This document shows, piece by piece, positions 1-9,921 of a DNA stretch of 64,000 bases. Location: the IMG/VR virus record IMGVR_UViG_3300023047_000002; one strand, given 5' to 3'. The translations under genes and the position numbers were made by a program. How positions within the stretch are numbered: position 1 is the first letter of the stretch; each line of letters opens with the position of its first letter. The notes under the pieces were generated by a model that was not told where the DNA came from, did no database searches, and saw only the letters and a list, made by a program, of their open reading frames with translations. The DNA is from a virus (Duplodnaviria > Caudoviricetes).

Positions 1-913
1 CCGACTTCGTTCTGGGCAGTCCAAGGATATCTGTGGTTTATGTGCTGCGTGTATGCGTAATAATGCACCTATCGGTGAGTGGAAGTTTTACCATGAGTAC
101 GATTCGAGTACTGTGAACAGAAAGGACGCAATCCGTGGTATCATCGATTCGTTTTCTTATGGAACAGGTGGCAGGTGGAGTGTTGTAGTTCTGGATGAGT
201 GTCACCAGCTTACTCGTGACGTGCAGACATTGCTTCTGAAGGACTTTGAAGAAGGGCATCCTTTCCGTAAGTTTTTGTTATGCACAACAGATCCAGATAA
301 TCTGTTACCTACTATACGTTCTCGTGCTGTTGAACTTCACTACACGACGAAGTCTGTAGTTCTTATCGAAAAGACGTTACGTAAATGTGCTGACAAGCGA
401 AATATTAACGTTCCTGACGAGGTGTGTCGTATTCTCGCACAGCGTAGTCGTGGTTCGATGCGTAATGCGTATATGCTTATGGACCGTTATCTTTTGTCCG
501 GTCGTGACGTTTTCATGCAGGATACCGAACGGTTTTATCGCGGAATTATTGCCTTTGTTCGGCTTTTACTTCAACGGAATCTTAATTCAGGTTCCGTACA
601 GATAAAAACGGAATACATTGAGAAAGTATTTGAGAGTCTTTTATCGTTACCCATCGCGATGTTTGTTGAGGAATACAAACGTTTCTTTAGCGAGATGCTT
701 CGTGTGTCATTGTTCCCTGACAGCCCCGATGTTTCGGATGCAGTTAGGCGATTTGTTTGTGATAAGCCTTTGAGCGACCGGCACATTAACTGGAACGGAC
801 TTGTTCGATACTGTATGCAGTCTTGGGTTCTTGAAGGATTTACAGATGATCTTGGTGTTCAAACGATGCTCTTATCTTTACTGTCAGGGTCTGATTCGTT
901 CGAGATTGGGTAA
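1..913 (+). CDS. dnaX: DNA polymerase III gamma/tau-like AAA+ clamp-loader subunit (5'-partial)
   Basis: Frame is open from the window edge (..DICGLCAAC Zn motif); Walker B VVLDECHQLT, LLKDFEE, FLLCTTDP, SRC-like TIRSR, GSMRNA. Confidence 0.8.
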   Translation, partial: RLRSGQSKDICGLCAACMRNNAPIGEWKFYHEYDSSTVNRKDAIRGIIDSFSYGTGGRWSVVVLDECHQLTRDVQTLLLKDFEEGHPFRKFLLCTTDPDNLLPTIRSRAVELHYTTKSVVLIEKTLRKCADKRNINVPDEVCRILAQRSRGSMRNAYMLMDRYLLSGRDVFMQDTERFYRGIIAFVRLLLQRNLNSGSVQIKTEYIEKVFESLLSLPIAMFVEEYKRFFSEMLRVSLFPDSPDVSDAVRRFVCDKPLSDRHINWNGLVRYCMQSWVLEGFTDDLGVQTMLLSLLSGSDSFEIG

Positions 914-1003
914 GTGAAAGCAGCACAAATTTTCTGTCAATTTCTTGTCGTAAGTTTGGTGTTGTGTTAAACATAGGAAAGTCGGACTTTTGGTTCACGG
1001 GGT

Positions 1004-1699
1004 GTGTCCATGTACGAGTTAAATGGTGAGTTGTCGTGGGAAACTGCGGAGTACGTTGGTGATGATACGGGTGAGGAGCTTGAGCTTTTTTCCGAAAATG
1101 CTGACGATTCGGATGATACGCAAGATGGGTCTATTCCAAACGAGGAAGCCCTTGATTTAGCAGCGGTTTTCTCAGCACGAAAAGCAACACAGCTTTTACT
1201 TAAGAAGTATCCTGATGCATTCAAATACGATCCAAAGTCCATGACTTTGGATAAGTTTCTTGACGATAAGGGTTTGACTGAGTTCGGATGGCTTTACATT
1301 CAAATGCTTGCATATTCTGTGTCTGGAAAGTATTACAGAAATGAGGACCAGAACAGTTTAAACACACTCGCTGTCTCTGACTGTGCATCTTGGTTAAATC
1401 ACAAGGTACGATTTTTCACAGGTAAGATATTGAACCTTCGAGCAATTCTGTACACACGTATTCGCAACACGATGTCTAACAGTCTGTACAAGGATAATAA
1501 ATACCTTCCGACTGAGGATACTGTGCTTGATCTTAATGCTTATAACGACAAGTCAATACACACGTATGGGGTTTCTGATGAAGTTTTGGATTACGTGTTC
1601 AGTAACAAAGAAGAAGCTCATGCCATGACGTTAAAGATTTTTGACTTGTCAAGAGGTATTACGAAGCAACCCAATAAAACTCTGTTTCGTCTGTCTTAA
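1004..1699 (+). CDS. Hypothetical protein with possible sigma-factor region 2-like segment
   Basis: LAYSVSGKYY..SLNTLAVSDCASWL..NLRAILYTRIRNTMSNSLYK resembles sigma region 2; no region 4 seen. Confidence 0.35.
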   Translation: MSMYELNGELSWETAEYVGDDTGEELELFSENADDSDDTQDGSIPNEEALDLAAVFSARKATQLLLKKYPDAFKYDPKSMTLDKFLDDKGLTEFGWLYIQMLAYSVSGKYYRNEDQNSLNTLAVSDCASWLNHKVRFFTGKILNLRAILYTRIRNTMSNSLYKDNKYLPTEDTVLDLNAYNDKSIHTYGVSDEVLDYVFSNKEEAHAMTLKIFDLSRGITKQPNKTLFRLS

Positions 1700-1791
1700 C
1701 ATGAATTGTAGGCGGTAATGGATAGTGGTGAAGATAACCAAGACTGATAAGCTGTTAATCTGTCAGTTCGTTTGCATACAGGAGTTTTACG

Positions 1792-2148
1792 ATGCCAAGA
1801 AAGCCTGGCGGTTTAGTTGTTTACACAGAAATGCCTGTGTCGCACAGGGAAGTTTTATCTGAGTTGCTTGATAGCATGAGTGACGGCAATATCTTTCGAT
1901 CATTAGAGTATGCACTCGGTGATAAGTTCATTGAGATACTTGATTTGTGTCAAGGCGACAAGATAGAATTTCCTACATTTGAAGAGATTGAACGTCGCAT
2001 TCTATGCGTACAGATTTACATGCATTACAGGCAGACAAAAGACTATAAAGCTACGGCGGTTAAGTTTAAGAAGACTGCTGCATTCGTTGAAAAAGTTGTG
2101 AAGACAGTTCGGGCAGAACTGGAAGAAATGGATTCAGAATACGTTTAA
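1792..2148 (+). CDS. Mor/C-family transcription activator-like protein
   Basis: LDLCQGDKIEFPT..RRILCVQIYMHY..DYKATAVKFKKTAAFVEKVVK fits the Mor pattern (G..I.FP followed by a C-terminal HTH); 118 aa; RBS GGAG. Confidence 0.55.
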   Translation: MPRKPGGLVVYTEMPVSHREVLSELLDSMSDGNIFRSLEYALGDKFIEILDLCQGDKIEFPTFEEIERRILCVQIYMHYRQTKDYKATAVKFKKTAAFVEKVVKTVRAELEEMDSEYV

Positions 2149-2164
2149 CTTTAAGGAGAAAATC

Positions 2165-2968
2165 ATGGCTGTCGAAGAAAGACTTGTTTTACCTTCACGT
2201 GGACTCATTTATCCTGAAATGAATGGTTTAGAGTATGTAACCATTACGCCTTACAAGTCAAAAGCATTTCGCGATCATATTCTGAGTGGTTCATCGGAAG
2301 CATCCATTGGTCGGTTAATTGACACGTGTCTTGTTGATTGTCCACTCAAGTCTTCTGACTTTCATGCTTCTGACTGGACGGCTATTATTTTCAAAGTGCG
2401 TGCGATGTCGCTTGGAAACCTACTTAAAATGAAAGCCACATGTCCGTACTGCAATGATGTGCATGATATTGAATGGGATTTGTCTTCAATTCCAGTAAAT
2501 TACTTTACACCTGACCAATACCCGTTTGAAGTCGAACTTCCTGAATCACATGACCATGTTACTGTTATGGTAACAACACCGGCAATGATCGAGAGAGCAC
2601 AAAACCTTGCTAAAGAGCGTGCAAATAAAATGAGGTGGGATGCTAAAACTCTCAAATCTGTAACCTCTGCGTACACATACGTGTGTAATCTGTTCCGTGC
2701 TGGTTCTGATATAGTTGCCATAGCTGACTGGTATGACAACCTTCCTGTACGTGATGCTGTCTACCTTACTCATATAAATAAATCTATTGGAGAGTTTGGT
2801 CCCGACATTGAAAAGCATATTGAATGTGCATCATGTGGTCAGACTTATTCTGTGATGTTGAGGGTAGATGAGAGCTTTTTTCTGCCCAACGTCGGAGAGT
2901 TTGGAGGGGTTAAAACAACGACAGGAACTCTGGAAGGGGGTTTTCAGGCTCCAAGTAATGCTGAGTAA
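2165..2968 (+). CDS. T4 gp26-like baseplate hub assembly / tail chaperone protein
   Basis: LPSRGLIY N-terminus, D...IIFKVRAMSLG, CPYC and CASCG Zn motifs, VELPES. Confidence 0.7.
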   Translation: MAVEERLVLPSRGLIYPEMNGLEYVTITPYKSKAFRDHILSGSSEASIGRLIDTCLVDCPLKSSDFHASDWTAIIFKVRAMSLGNLLKMKATCPYCNDVHDIEWDLSSIPVNYFTPDQYPFEVELPESHDHVTVMVTTPAMIERAQNLAKERANKMRWDAKTLKSVTSAYTYVCNLFRAGSDIVAIADWYDNLPVRDAVYLTHINKSIGEFGPDIEKHIECASCGQTYSVMLRVDESFFLPNVGEFGGVKTTTGTLEGGFQAPSNAE

Positions 2969-3158
2969 ACATGCAAACATCGGGTTCGATGTGACTGACA
3001 ACATGACAATATTTGAGATAAACAGTGCTACGGAAGTCCTTGACGAGTATTACAAGGAGCTTCGTAAACAGGCTAAAGAAGTGCAAAAGACCGCTGAGGG
3101 TTCGGTCTCTACTACACGAAATGTCTCTGACGGTGACTTGATGGATTTCCTTCCATGA
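2868..3158 (+). CDS. Small protein overlapping the gp26-like gene (gp51-like partner); start uncertain
   Basis: Position and a D.MT.FE motif typical of the small downstream partner gene. Confidence 0.4.
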   Translation: MRAFFCPTSESLEGLKQRQELWKGVFRLQVMLSKHANIGFDVTDNMTIFEINSATEVLDEYYKELRKQAKEVQKTAEGSVSTTRNVSDGDLMDFLP

Positions 3159-3781
3159 AAATTAGACTTCATATCGATAACCAAATGTGCATTGGTTCTG
3201 GACTCCATCATACCGACACGGTTGTGATGGAAGTCTCTTTCTTTATGTGGTTAAAGGCTTTCTTTTTTGGATTGGACTTGTGTTGTACTTCGATGATGTT
3301 TCCAAAACTCGAAGCAGACAAAGATGAACACACAAACGAGATTAATCCTTCCTTGATACAGACTTCAACGTCTACTCCGTCTCGTTATGAACGACGTAAA
3401 TCTGAAACCAAACGTGTTGTGCATAAAAAGACAAAACCAAAGAAGATTGACAAAGTCGTGCATAACGATGTTGATGTGTTTGGTATTCAGTTTGATGACA
3501 GTACGGTTATCTTCCCAGACGGTCGAAAGGAATTTGTTACGTCTTCGTCTGTTCCAGAGTATGAATCAAAAGAGAATCATGTAACAGATGAAGACGTTAT
3601 AAAGGAGCTTCCAATTCAGCCATCTTCTGTACAGTCATCGACACCGCTTAACCTTGTGCAGCACGTTCAGTCAGAGGATAAGGTTGAGGTTGATTTCAGA
3701 AATCCTCCACATTCGCCGAGATGGAAGCCTCGTAATCTTCCACCTGGGCCAGTTCGTAAACCAAGAACGGAGAGTTTGTAA
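3155..3781 (+). CDS. Hypothetical protein
   Basis: 208-aa ORF coupled to its neighbours by ATGA and TAATG overlaps. Confidence 0.6.
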   Translation: MKIRLHIDNQMCIGSGLHHTDTVVMEVSFFMWLKAFFFGLDLCCTSMMFPKLEADKDEHTNEINPSLIQTSTSTPSRYERRKSETKRVVHKKTKPKKIDKVVHNDVDVFGIQFDDSTVIFPDGRKEFVTSSSVPEYESKENHVTDEDVIKELPIQPSSVQSSTPLNLVQHVQSEDKVEVDFRNPPHSPRWKPRNLPPGPVRKPRTESL

Positions 3782-4332
3782 TGGCATTGAAATTCTTTTA
3801 CGGTACTGTAAACAGTGCAAAGTCAATGACTCTTTTGGCACGTGCACACGCATGGAAAAAAACCGGAAAGCGCGTGTGCATTATAAAACCTTCTGTTGAC
3901 ACGCGATGTGATGGCGTACAATCCCGAATTGGAATATCAGAACATGCAGACATAATACTCAATACAGATGATTCTCTAGCTTTATATTCTTCAATGTTGC
4001 GAAACTTTGACCTTGTTCTTGTTGATGAGGTTCAGTTTCTTACTTCATCACAAGTACATGAACTTCGATTGATGTCTGCAGGGTTGTTGTGTGACGGTGT
4101 ACTTCCGGTTGACGTTCAATGCTTCGGTTTAAGAACTGTTTCTGATGGGCATCTGTGGGATAGTATTAAAGTGCTTATGGCTGAAGCTGATGAGCTGATT
4201 GAAGTGTCAACGGTTTGTGCTTTCTGTCACGAAAAGGCTGTTTTCTCCAAGGCTTTGGAAGAAACAGATGAAGACATAAACGTGTCTTGGGGAGCTTTCA
4301 TCCCTGTTTGTGCCTACCATTTCTACAAATAG
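3781..4332 (+). CDS. tdk: Thymidine kinase
   Basis: YGTVNSAKS P-loop, IKPSVDTR, VQSRIG, VLVDEVQFL, FGLRT, CAFC..CAYH Zn site. Confidence 0.93.
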   Translation: MALKFFYGTVNSAKSMTLLARAHAWKKTGKRVCIIKPSVDTRCDGVQSRIGISEHADIILNTDDSLALYSSMLRNFDLVLVDEVQFLTSSQVHELRLMSAGLLCDGVLPVDVQCFGLRTVSDGHLWDSIKVLMAEADELIEVSTVCAFCHEKAVFSKALEETDEDINVSWGAFIPVCAYHFYK

Positions 4333-4363
4333 GTTAAAATTCTTTGTCGCCATGTCTCGTCAG

Positions 4364-4403
4364 TGGTGCTGTCACATTCCTATTGGGTATTGTGTGGTAT
4401 TCT
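4364..4403 (+). promoter_or_regulatory. TGGTGCT-box promoter upstream of the DNA polymerase
   Basis: TGGTGCT-N27-TATTCT with TGTGG extension. Confidence 0.7.
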
Positions 4404-4455
4404 GCGTGACATGGCGATTTTCGTTTAACGCCATATTGACCATAGGAGAATCATA

Positions 4456-7400
4456 ATGGCTGATGATAAGAAGAATTTGCATAAGGGTTATGTTCATTAC
4501 ATTCCTGCCGTTGAAGAGAAAGATGATTGGGACAAAGATTTGACCTTTGTGCTTATTCGCACTCTTGATGAGCTTCGCGTTCACGATGTCGAACATGACT
4601 TTACTGCATGGGATACTGAAACAAGCGGACTCGACCCGGACATGGATTATCTTGTTGGGTTTTCTTTTTCCTTTGACGGTAAGACAGGGTACTATGTTCC
4701 TGTCGCCCATGATGACATGGCTCTTGGTACTGAAGCTGTTGAAATTTTCTATTCCATTCTTAAAAAGACACGTAAAACACAGTTCCTTTTTAACTGTCGA
4801 TTTGACCAGCGATTCCTTGAGGCTGCACTAAAGCATAAAGGTTGGACGCTTGATGGGATGTCGTACTACGATGTTCAAAATGCAATATGGCTTGCTGATA
4901 CTAATGTGGTTATGCCTTCACTCAAAGCGTCCGCTCGCCACTTTCTTGGGTGGAAGCCGAAGACGTTCGATGAGACATTGGGCGATGCAGTCACATTCCA
5001 ACACGTTCCCGCCGAAGACGCTTATTTTTATGCTTGCACTGATGCGTTAATGACATATCAGTTGGCTCTTGTATCGAATAAATTCTACCGTGAAAATCTC
5101 CCGGCAAGTCGGTTCGATAACAATATGCTTTATCCACTGATGCGGCTTGAGAATACACCTCAGCGTCTTGATACGGAGTATTTAAAGAGCCTTGTTCCTC
5201 AAGTCGAAGCTATAATCGAACGCACACGTGAAGAAGTTTACCGTTTAGCCGGAACACAATTCAATCTGAATGCTCCGCAGCAGTTCGGAAAAATTCTTGT
5301 TGAACGCTTTGGTGTTGATACAGGTGCACGTACAGCAACCGGAGCCATGAAAGCTGACCTGAAAACCATTGATGCATGGATGGTGAAACACAATGCAGTA
5401 ATCGGACAGGACATTAAGGATTTCATTAAGGCTTACAAGGAATACAAGAAGACAGTCAAGTTCAAGTCATCGTACCTTGACAAGTACATTAAGGCAGCAA
5501 GTGAGCAGGATATTTACCCAGTTCGTTTTTCTTACAAGACTAACAGTGTTCCCACTGGGAGGCTAAGTTGTGGCACCTCTGCAAAGAATAAATTTTTCAC
5601 GAATAATAACGTCCAGTGCCTTGAAGAGAATACGTCTGTTATCACATCAGAAGGAATAAAGCCTATAAAACATGTAAATACTGGTGACTTAGTTTGGACA
5701 GGTTCTGCTTTCGTTCCGTGTGTGCAGCTCGGTTCAAAGCAGAAGAGATGTGAAACAGTGTGGACGTATTTCGGAAAGATTACTGCATCTCTTGAGCATA
5801 AGTTCTATACGCTTAACTTGTATACTTTCGAGCTTGAATGGGATGCACTTGCTTCTGCTATTGCACAAGGAAAACCCATCGTAAGAAATACCGAAGACGG
5901 TGGATTTACATTACGTGAATTGCTTGAGAATGAGACGTTTAAGAAATCTATGCTTCTTAAACCTGAACTTTCAGGTGAGCGTATTAAAGAACTTGAAAAC
6001 CTTTACGCTGATATCCGTTTCGATATGATACGTAAAACTGATAATTTCTGGTACCCGAACATCATTCCTCCAAAAGTTACCGTATACGATTTAGAAGTGC
6101 CTACGTATGAACGGTTTACGGCAAATGGGTTTATCGTTCATAACAGCACACCAAAGCCTCATGCTGTCCTGCTTAAAGGGCGTAAGGCTACTGAGCAGGA
6201 AATAGCTGAGAAGAAAGACATTCTTGGATGGTATTTCTCTAACGACATTCCAGACGAAGAAGCAAAGGGGCTTGTAGAGGGGATGGACCCTGACAATCTC
6301 AATATCCGACGTGCTTTCTTGTCTGAAAATGACCAGTGTTATGTGGTTTCAATCGACATGTGCCTTGAGGGTGGTTCGCCTGTTCAGACGAAACACGGGT
6401 ATATGGGAATATGCGAGATAAAGCCAGGCGATGAAGTATTGTCGCCGCAAGGATGGGTTACCGTGAGCCGCGTGATGCGTACAGGCGTGGAAAAAGTAAT
6501 CAAAGTTTTCCCTGATAATGGTGGTCAGGCAATCTACTGTACTGAGAATCATCCGTTTGTCATCAATGGGGAAAAGGTAAAAGCAAAAGATATTAAGGGT
6601 AAAGTTCCTAGCGTTCCGTTTCATGCTTATGTAAAGGAAAGCGTTGAGCGTAATAAAGTGATTGAATGTTTGTCTTATTTGAAACAGTGCAAAACAATAA
6701 AAGAGGCTTCACATTATGTTCTCGAACATGACTTGAAACTCCTTATTGAGGATGCCTTGGAAACTTACACACGTGCAGAGGTCTCTAAATGGTGCGGCAT
6801 ACGTGTGTCGTCTTTCGGTCATTTTATGAATGATCTTGGAATTCAACCTACTGGAAAGGAATTTTGTTATCGTCAGAGCAAATTTTACAATAATGTGTTT
6901 GAAGGCGAAAGCACTCCCACGTCAGCATATCTTTTCGGGTTCATTCTGGGCGATGGGAACATCAGTCGGCGGCGAGGTGATTATCTCACGTTGAACATAT
7001 CGTCAAAAGACGAAGCACATCTGCGTCAGATATGCAACATCTTTGGCGAGGATTTGAACATTCGCCATAATGAAAAGAAAGGTTGTGAATGGTGGTGCTT
7101 GAACATACCTAGTCGCGACATCTGCAATCGTTTGCTTGAGTTGGGTATTAGCGAGCGTAAATCAACAGAACCTAGTCATGTAAACTTTGAATGGTTAGGT
7201 GATAACTTCCGTCATTTCATTCGCGGACTTTTCGATGCGGATGGTTATGTGAGAATTACGTCCGTGCTCGACGTTAGTTTTGTTGGGCATGATTCCTATA
7301 TCACGGAAATAAAGAAACGCATTGAGGGTCAGTGGAGTTATAAATACACGTCGTCCTTGTCTCATCTGTCGTTGCTTGGAACTGTTGAACAGCGAAAGTT

Positions 7401-9816
7401 TATCTACGAATACTTGTATCAGGAAGCGACTATCTGGTTACAACGTAAACGTGACATCATTGAATCGTGGTATCAGGACAAGTTCGGCGATTTGGTATTT
7501 CCTGTATGGAATTGTACAGTTGACACTACTGAACACCAGTTGTATGTTCAGTGTACAAATGTGCACCAGTGCGCAGAGGAACTCCGGATAGTAGCCAACC
7601 TTTATCACGAGGATACATGGATAAATGCATTCAACAGCGGTGCAGACGTTCACAAGGCATGTTATTCGCCTGACACAGAGTTCTATGTCAAATCACACGG
7701 TTGGATGTATGCTGAGAACATAACACCTGAGATGGAGATTGCCTATTATGACGTAAGATCTGATTCGTTCAAGTTTACGAAAGCAGATAAGCGGGCTACA
7801 CAGAAAGGTCGAGATGTATATGTACGTAGTGGTGTTTTCAATGTCACTGGTAATCATCGTATGTACGTAAATTTCGATACTCAGGGATATCACATCGAAC
7901 GTGCAGATAACCTGAAAAATTGCGGCAATGCAAAGCAGCGTTTCCACATGAAGACCGCAGTAGGAACACGTGTTGAGTTCTCAAAAGAACGTAATAAGGA
8001 TAACGCTACTGCCTTCGCTCTTGGGTTCTTGTCTTCTATTGATAAGGAATTTGATGGTACACGAATGATCGTGAAATGTTCAACATTGTACCCTGAGGTC
8101 TTTCAAATCCTAAAGGACTACGCATGTAATTCTACGAACAAAACGTTGTTTGCGTTTAGTGATAAAGGTGTCTCTTATTTGACCAGTCTTGGTTTCTCTA
8201 CGTCTCTTGGTCGTGTTGTCGATGACGCTCAAATCTTAACGTCACGTAATCGTTATAGAGGATTCATTTGCGGGTTATTGCACGGGTTATCATGTCGAAA
8301 AGACAGCGAGATTTATCTTGGAGACGGTTCCGATTTACATGGTCGAACTTATGTCAAAGACAAAGCTCTAGCTGACTGGATTCAATGGCATCTCACATGT
8401 AACGGATACTCGTGCAGGGTAACGCATAATGTTCTCTCTGACAGGTATGCGTTATACATTGAGTCACGACAAGACAAAGATGTCTGTATGACGTTCCATT
8501 CTGTGAAGGGTCATAGTTTGACAAATGGAGGAATATACTCGTGCTTCGAGGTTCCTAGTGGTCTTCTCGTTACACGGTATGATGGACGTATTACAGTTAA
8601 TGGTAATACGGCTATTAAGTTATTTGGTGAGGAGAATTACACTAAAGACGCACGTAAGAAAGCAAAGTGCCTGTCAGGCGATACAATGGTTCACACAGTT
8701 GACGGACGTTCTATTCAGATACGCAATCTTGTTTCTGAAGAAACGCATATGAATGCAGTTGAAGGTAATCCGGTTGATATACGGTACAAAGATATTAAGA
8801 TTTCTACACCTGATGGGTGGAGTGATGTCACACACTGGATTTATAATGGATTCCGTGAAACGTTGAAGATCACTATTGATCGGCGTCTGATGCTTGAAGT
8901 AACTCCTGATCATTTGGTTGGTAAGTATGAACCTGATGCACATGAAGATGACTCAAAGAAATATACACTTGTTCGTGCTGACTCCTTGTCAGTAGGAGAC
9001 ATGGTCTTATGGGATTATTGTCCTATGCGTATAACAAGCATCCAAAAAGGGTACAGTGATGTTTACGACATTACGGTTGACAATGTGTCTCACACGTTCC
9101 ATGCAAACGGAGTAGTCGTCCATAACTGTGCGAGCTTCGGGATTCTTTATGGTTCTGGTGCACAAGGTTTTAACAACTCTTTCCCAGACATGACATTGGA
9201 TGAGTGTCGTGACTTTATGAAAAAGTTCAAAGATGCACTCCCTGCAATCAGTCAAGGTCAAGCAGAGAATATAGCGTATGCTAGACAGTATGGTGATATT
9301 AACACAGGGTTCGGTCGTCATCGCCGTGTGAAGTTTTGGCTTTCAAGTCCTGACCGTGCAAAACAGGCATTTGGTGAGAGAACTACTAAAAATACTGCAG
9401 TTCAAGGGACCGCTGCTGATGTATTGAAAATCATATTCTGTCGTTTGTGGGAGAAAGTTTTCAAGCCGTATCCGCAGGTGAAATTCATGTCAACCATTCA
9501 CGATGAGGTCAATTTTTCGATTCCTATTGAATTGGCACGTGAAGTTATTCCTTTGTGTGTCGAATGTATGACCATCGAACGTGAAGACTGGCCAGTACCT
9601 CTAAAGTGTTCATTATCGTTGAGTCGTACTGATTTGGGTAGTCTTATTCCATTTACGTATGATGCTGCTACGGACACGTATGAGCCTGAATGGGATACAC
9701 TTGAAGTGAAGCCAAAAGTCACGCATACTGTAGAAGCTAATGTCGTTGCTACAGAAGACGAAAACAACTTTGACGATTGTGTGTATGGCGTATCTTTAGA
9801 TGAAATAGACTTTTAG
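4456..9816 (+). CDS. polA: Family A DNA polymerase with 3'-5' exonuclease and four inteins (about 738 aa after splicing)
   Basis: ExoI WDTETSG, ExoII FNCRFD, ExoIII YACTDA, TGRLS; reconstructed motif A DM|CAEELR, motif B RKKAK|CASFGILYG, VQGTAAD, motif C IHDE. Confidence 0.95.
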   Translation: MADDKKNLHKGYVHYIPAVEEKDDWDKDLTFVLIRTLDELRVHDVEHDFTAWDTETSGLDPDMDYLVGFSFSFDGKTGYYVPVAHDDMALGTEAVEIFYSILKKTRKTQFLFNCRFDQRFLEAALKHKGWTLDGMSYYDVQNAIWLADTNVVMPSLKASARHFLGWKPKTFDETLGDAVTFQHVPAEDAYFYACTDALMTYQLALVSNKFYRENLPASRFDNNMLYPLMRLENTPQRLDTEYLKSLVPQVEAIIERTREEVYRLAGTQFNLNAPQQFGKILVERFGVDTGARTATGAMKADLKTIDAWMVKHNAVIGQDIKDFIKAYKEYKKTVKFKSSYLDKYIKAASEQDIYPVRFSYKTNSVPTGRLSCGTSAKNKFFTNNNVQCLEENTSVITSEGIKPIKHVNTGDLVWTGSAFVPCVQLGSKQKRCETVWTYFGKITASLEHKFYTLNLYTFELEWDALASAIAQGKPIVRNTEDGGFTLRELLENETFKKSMLLKPELSGERIKELENLYADIRFDMIRKTDNFWYPNIIPPKVTVYDLEVPTYERFTANGFIVHNSTPKPHAVLLKGRKATEQEIAEKKDILGWYFSNDIPDEEAKGLVEGMDPDNLNIRRAFLSENDQCYVVSIDMCLEGGSPVQTKHGYMGICEIKPGDEVLSPQGWVTVSRVMRTGVEKVIKVFPDNGGQAIYCTENHPFVINGEKVKAKDIKGKVPSVPFHAYVKESVERNKVIECLSYLKQCKTIKEASHYVLEHDLKLLIEDALETYTRAEVSKWCGIRVSSFGHFMNDLGIQPTGKEFCYRQSKFYNNVFEGESTPTSAYLFGFILGDGNISRRRGDYLTLNISSKDEAHLRQICNIFGEDLNIRHNEKKGCEWWCLNIPSRDICNRLLELGISERKSTEPSHVNFEWLGDNFRHFIRGLFDADGYVRITSVLDVSFVGHDSYITEIKKRIEGQWSYKYTSSLSHLSLLGTVEQRKFIYEYLYQEATIWLQRKRDIIESWYQDKFGDLVFPVWNCTVDTTEHQLYVQCTNVHQCAEELRIVANLYHEDTWINAFNSGADVHKACYSPDTEFYVKSHGWMYAENITPEMEIAYYDVRSDSFKFTKADKRATQKGRDVYVRSGVFNVTGNHRMYVNFDTQGYHIERADNLKNCGNAKQRFHMKTAVGTRVEFSKERNKDNATAFALGFLSSIDKEFDGTRMIVKCSTLYPEVFQILKDYACNSTNKTLFAFSDKGVSYLTSLGFSTSLGRVVDDAQILTSRNRYRGFICGLLHGLSCRKDSEIYLGDGSDLHGRTYVKDKALADWIQWHLTCNGYSCRVTHNVLSDRYALYIESRQDKDVCMTFHSVKGHSLTNGGIYSCFEVPSGLLVTRYDGRITVNGNTAIKLFGEENYTKDARKKAKCLSGDTMVHTVDGRSIQIRNLVSEETHMNAVEGNPVDIRYKDIKISTPDGWSDVTHWIYNGFRETLKITIDRRLMLEVTPDHLVGKYEPDAHEDDSKKYTLVRADSLSVGDMVLWDYCPMRITSIQKGYSDVYDITVDNVSHTFHANGVVVHNCASFGILYGSGAQGFNNSFPDMTLDECRDFMKKFKDALPAISQGQAENIAYARQYGDINTGFGRHRRVKFWLSSPDRAKQAFGERTTKNTAVQGTAADVLKIIFCRLWEKVFKPYPQVKFMSTIHDEVNFSIPIELAREVIPLCVECMTIEREDWPVPLKCSLSLSRTDLGSLIPFTYDAATDTYEPEWDTLEVKPKVTHTVEANVVATEDENNFDDCVYGVSLDEIDF
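5617..6144 (+). mobile_element. Intein 1 in PolA (mini-intein, 176 aa)
   Basis: NNVQ|CLEENTS ... ASLEHKF ... VYDLEV..FTANGFIVHN|S. Confidence 0.9.
6361..7569 (+). mobile_element. Intein 2 in PolA motif A, with LAGLIDADG endonuclease and C-terminal Gln (403 aa)
   Basis: SIDM|CLEGGS..CTENHPF..AYLFGFILGDG..FIRGLFDADG..TNVHQ|CAEELR. Confidence 0.9.
7660..8607 (+). mobile_element. Intein 3 in PolA with degenerate LAGLIDADG domain (316 aa)
   Basis: DVHKA|CYSPDTE..VTGNHRM..AFALGFL / FICGLLHG..CFEVPSG..ITVNGN|TA. Confidence 0.88.
8668..9126 (+). mobile_element. Intein 4 in PolA motif B (mini-intein, 153 aa)
   Basis: KKAK|CLSGDT..VTPDH..VYDITV..FHANGVVVHN|CASFG. Confidence 0.92.
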
Positions 9817-9921
9817 TCCTTTAGTGTGCAGACGCAGTATCTAAAAAGTGTATTGCGTCTGCGTCTTCGTTATGCCTGTAGTGCATTACAGTTAAAAGAA
9901 AACCTGTTTGGAGGGTTTGCC

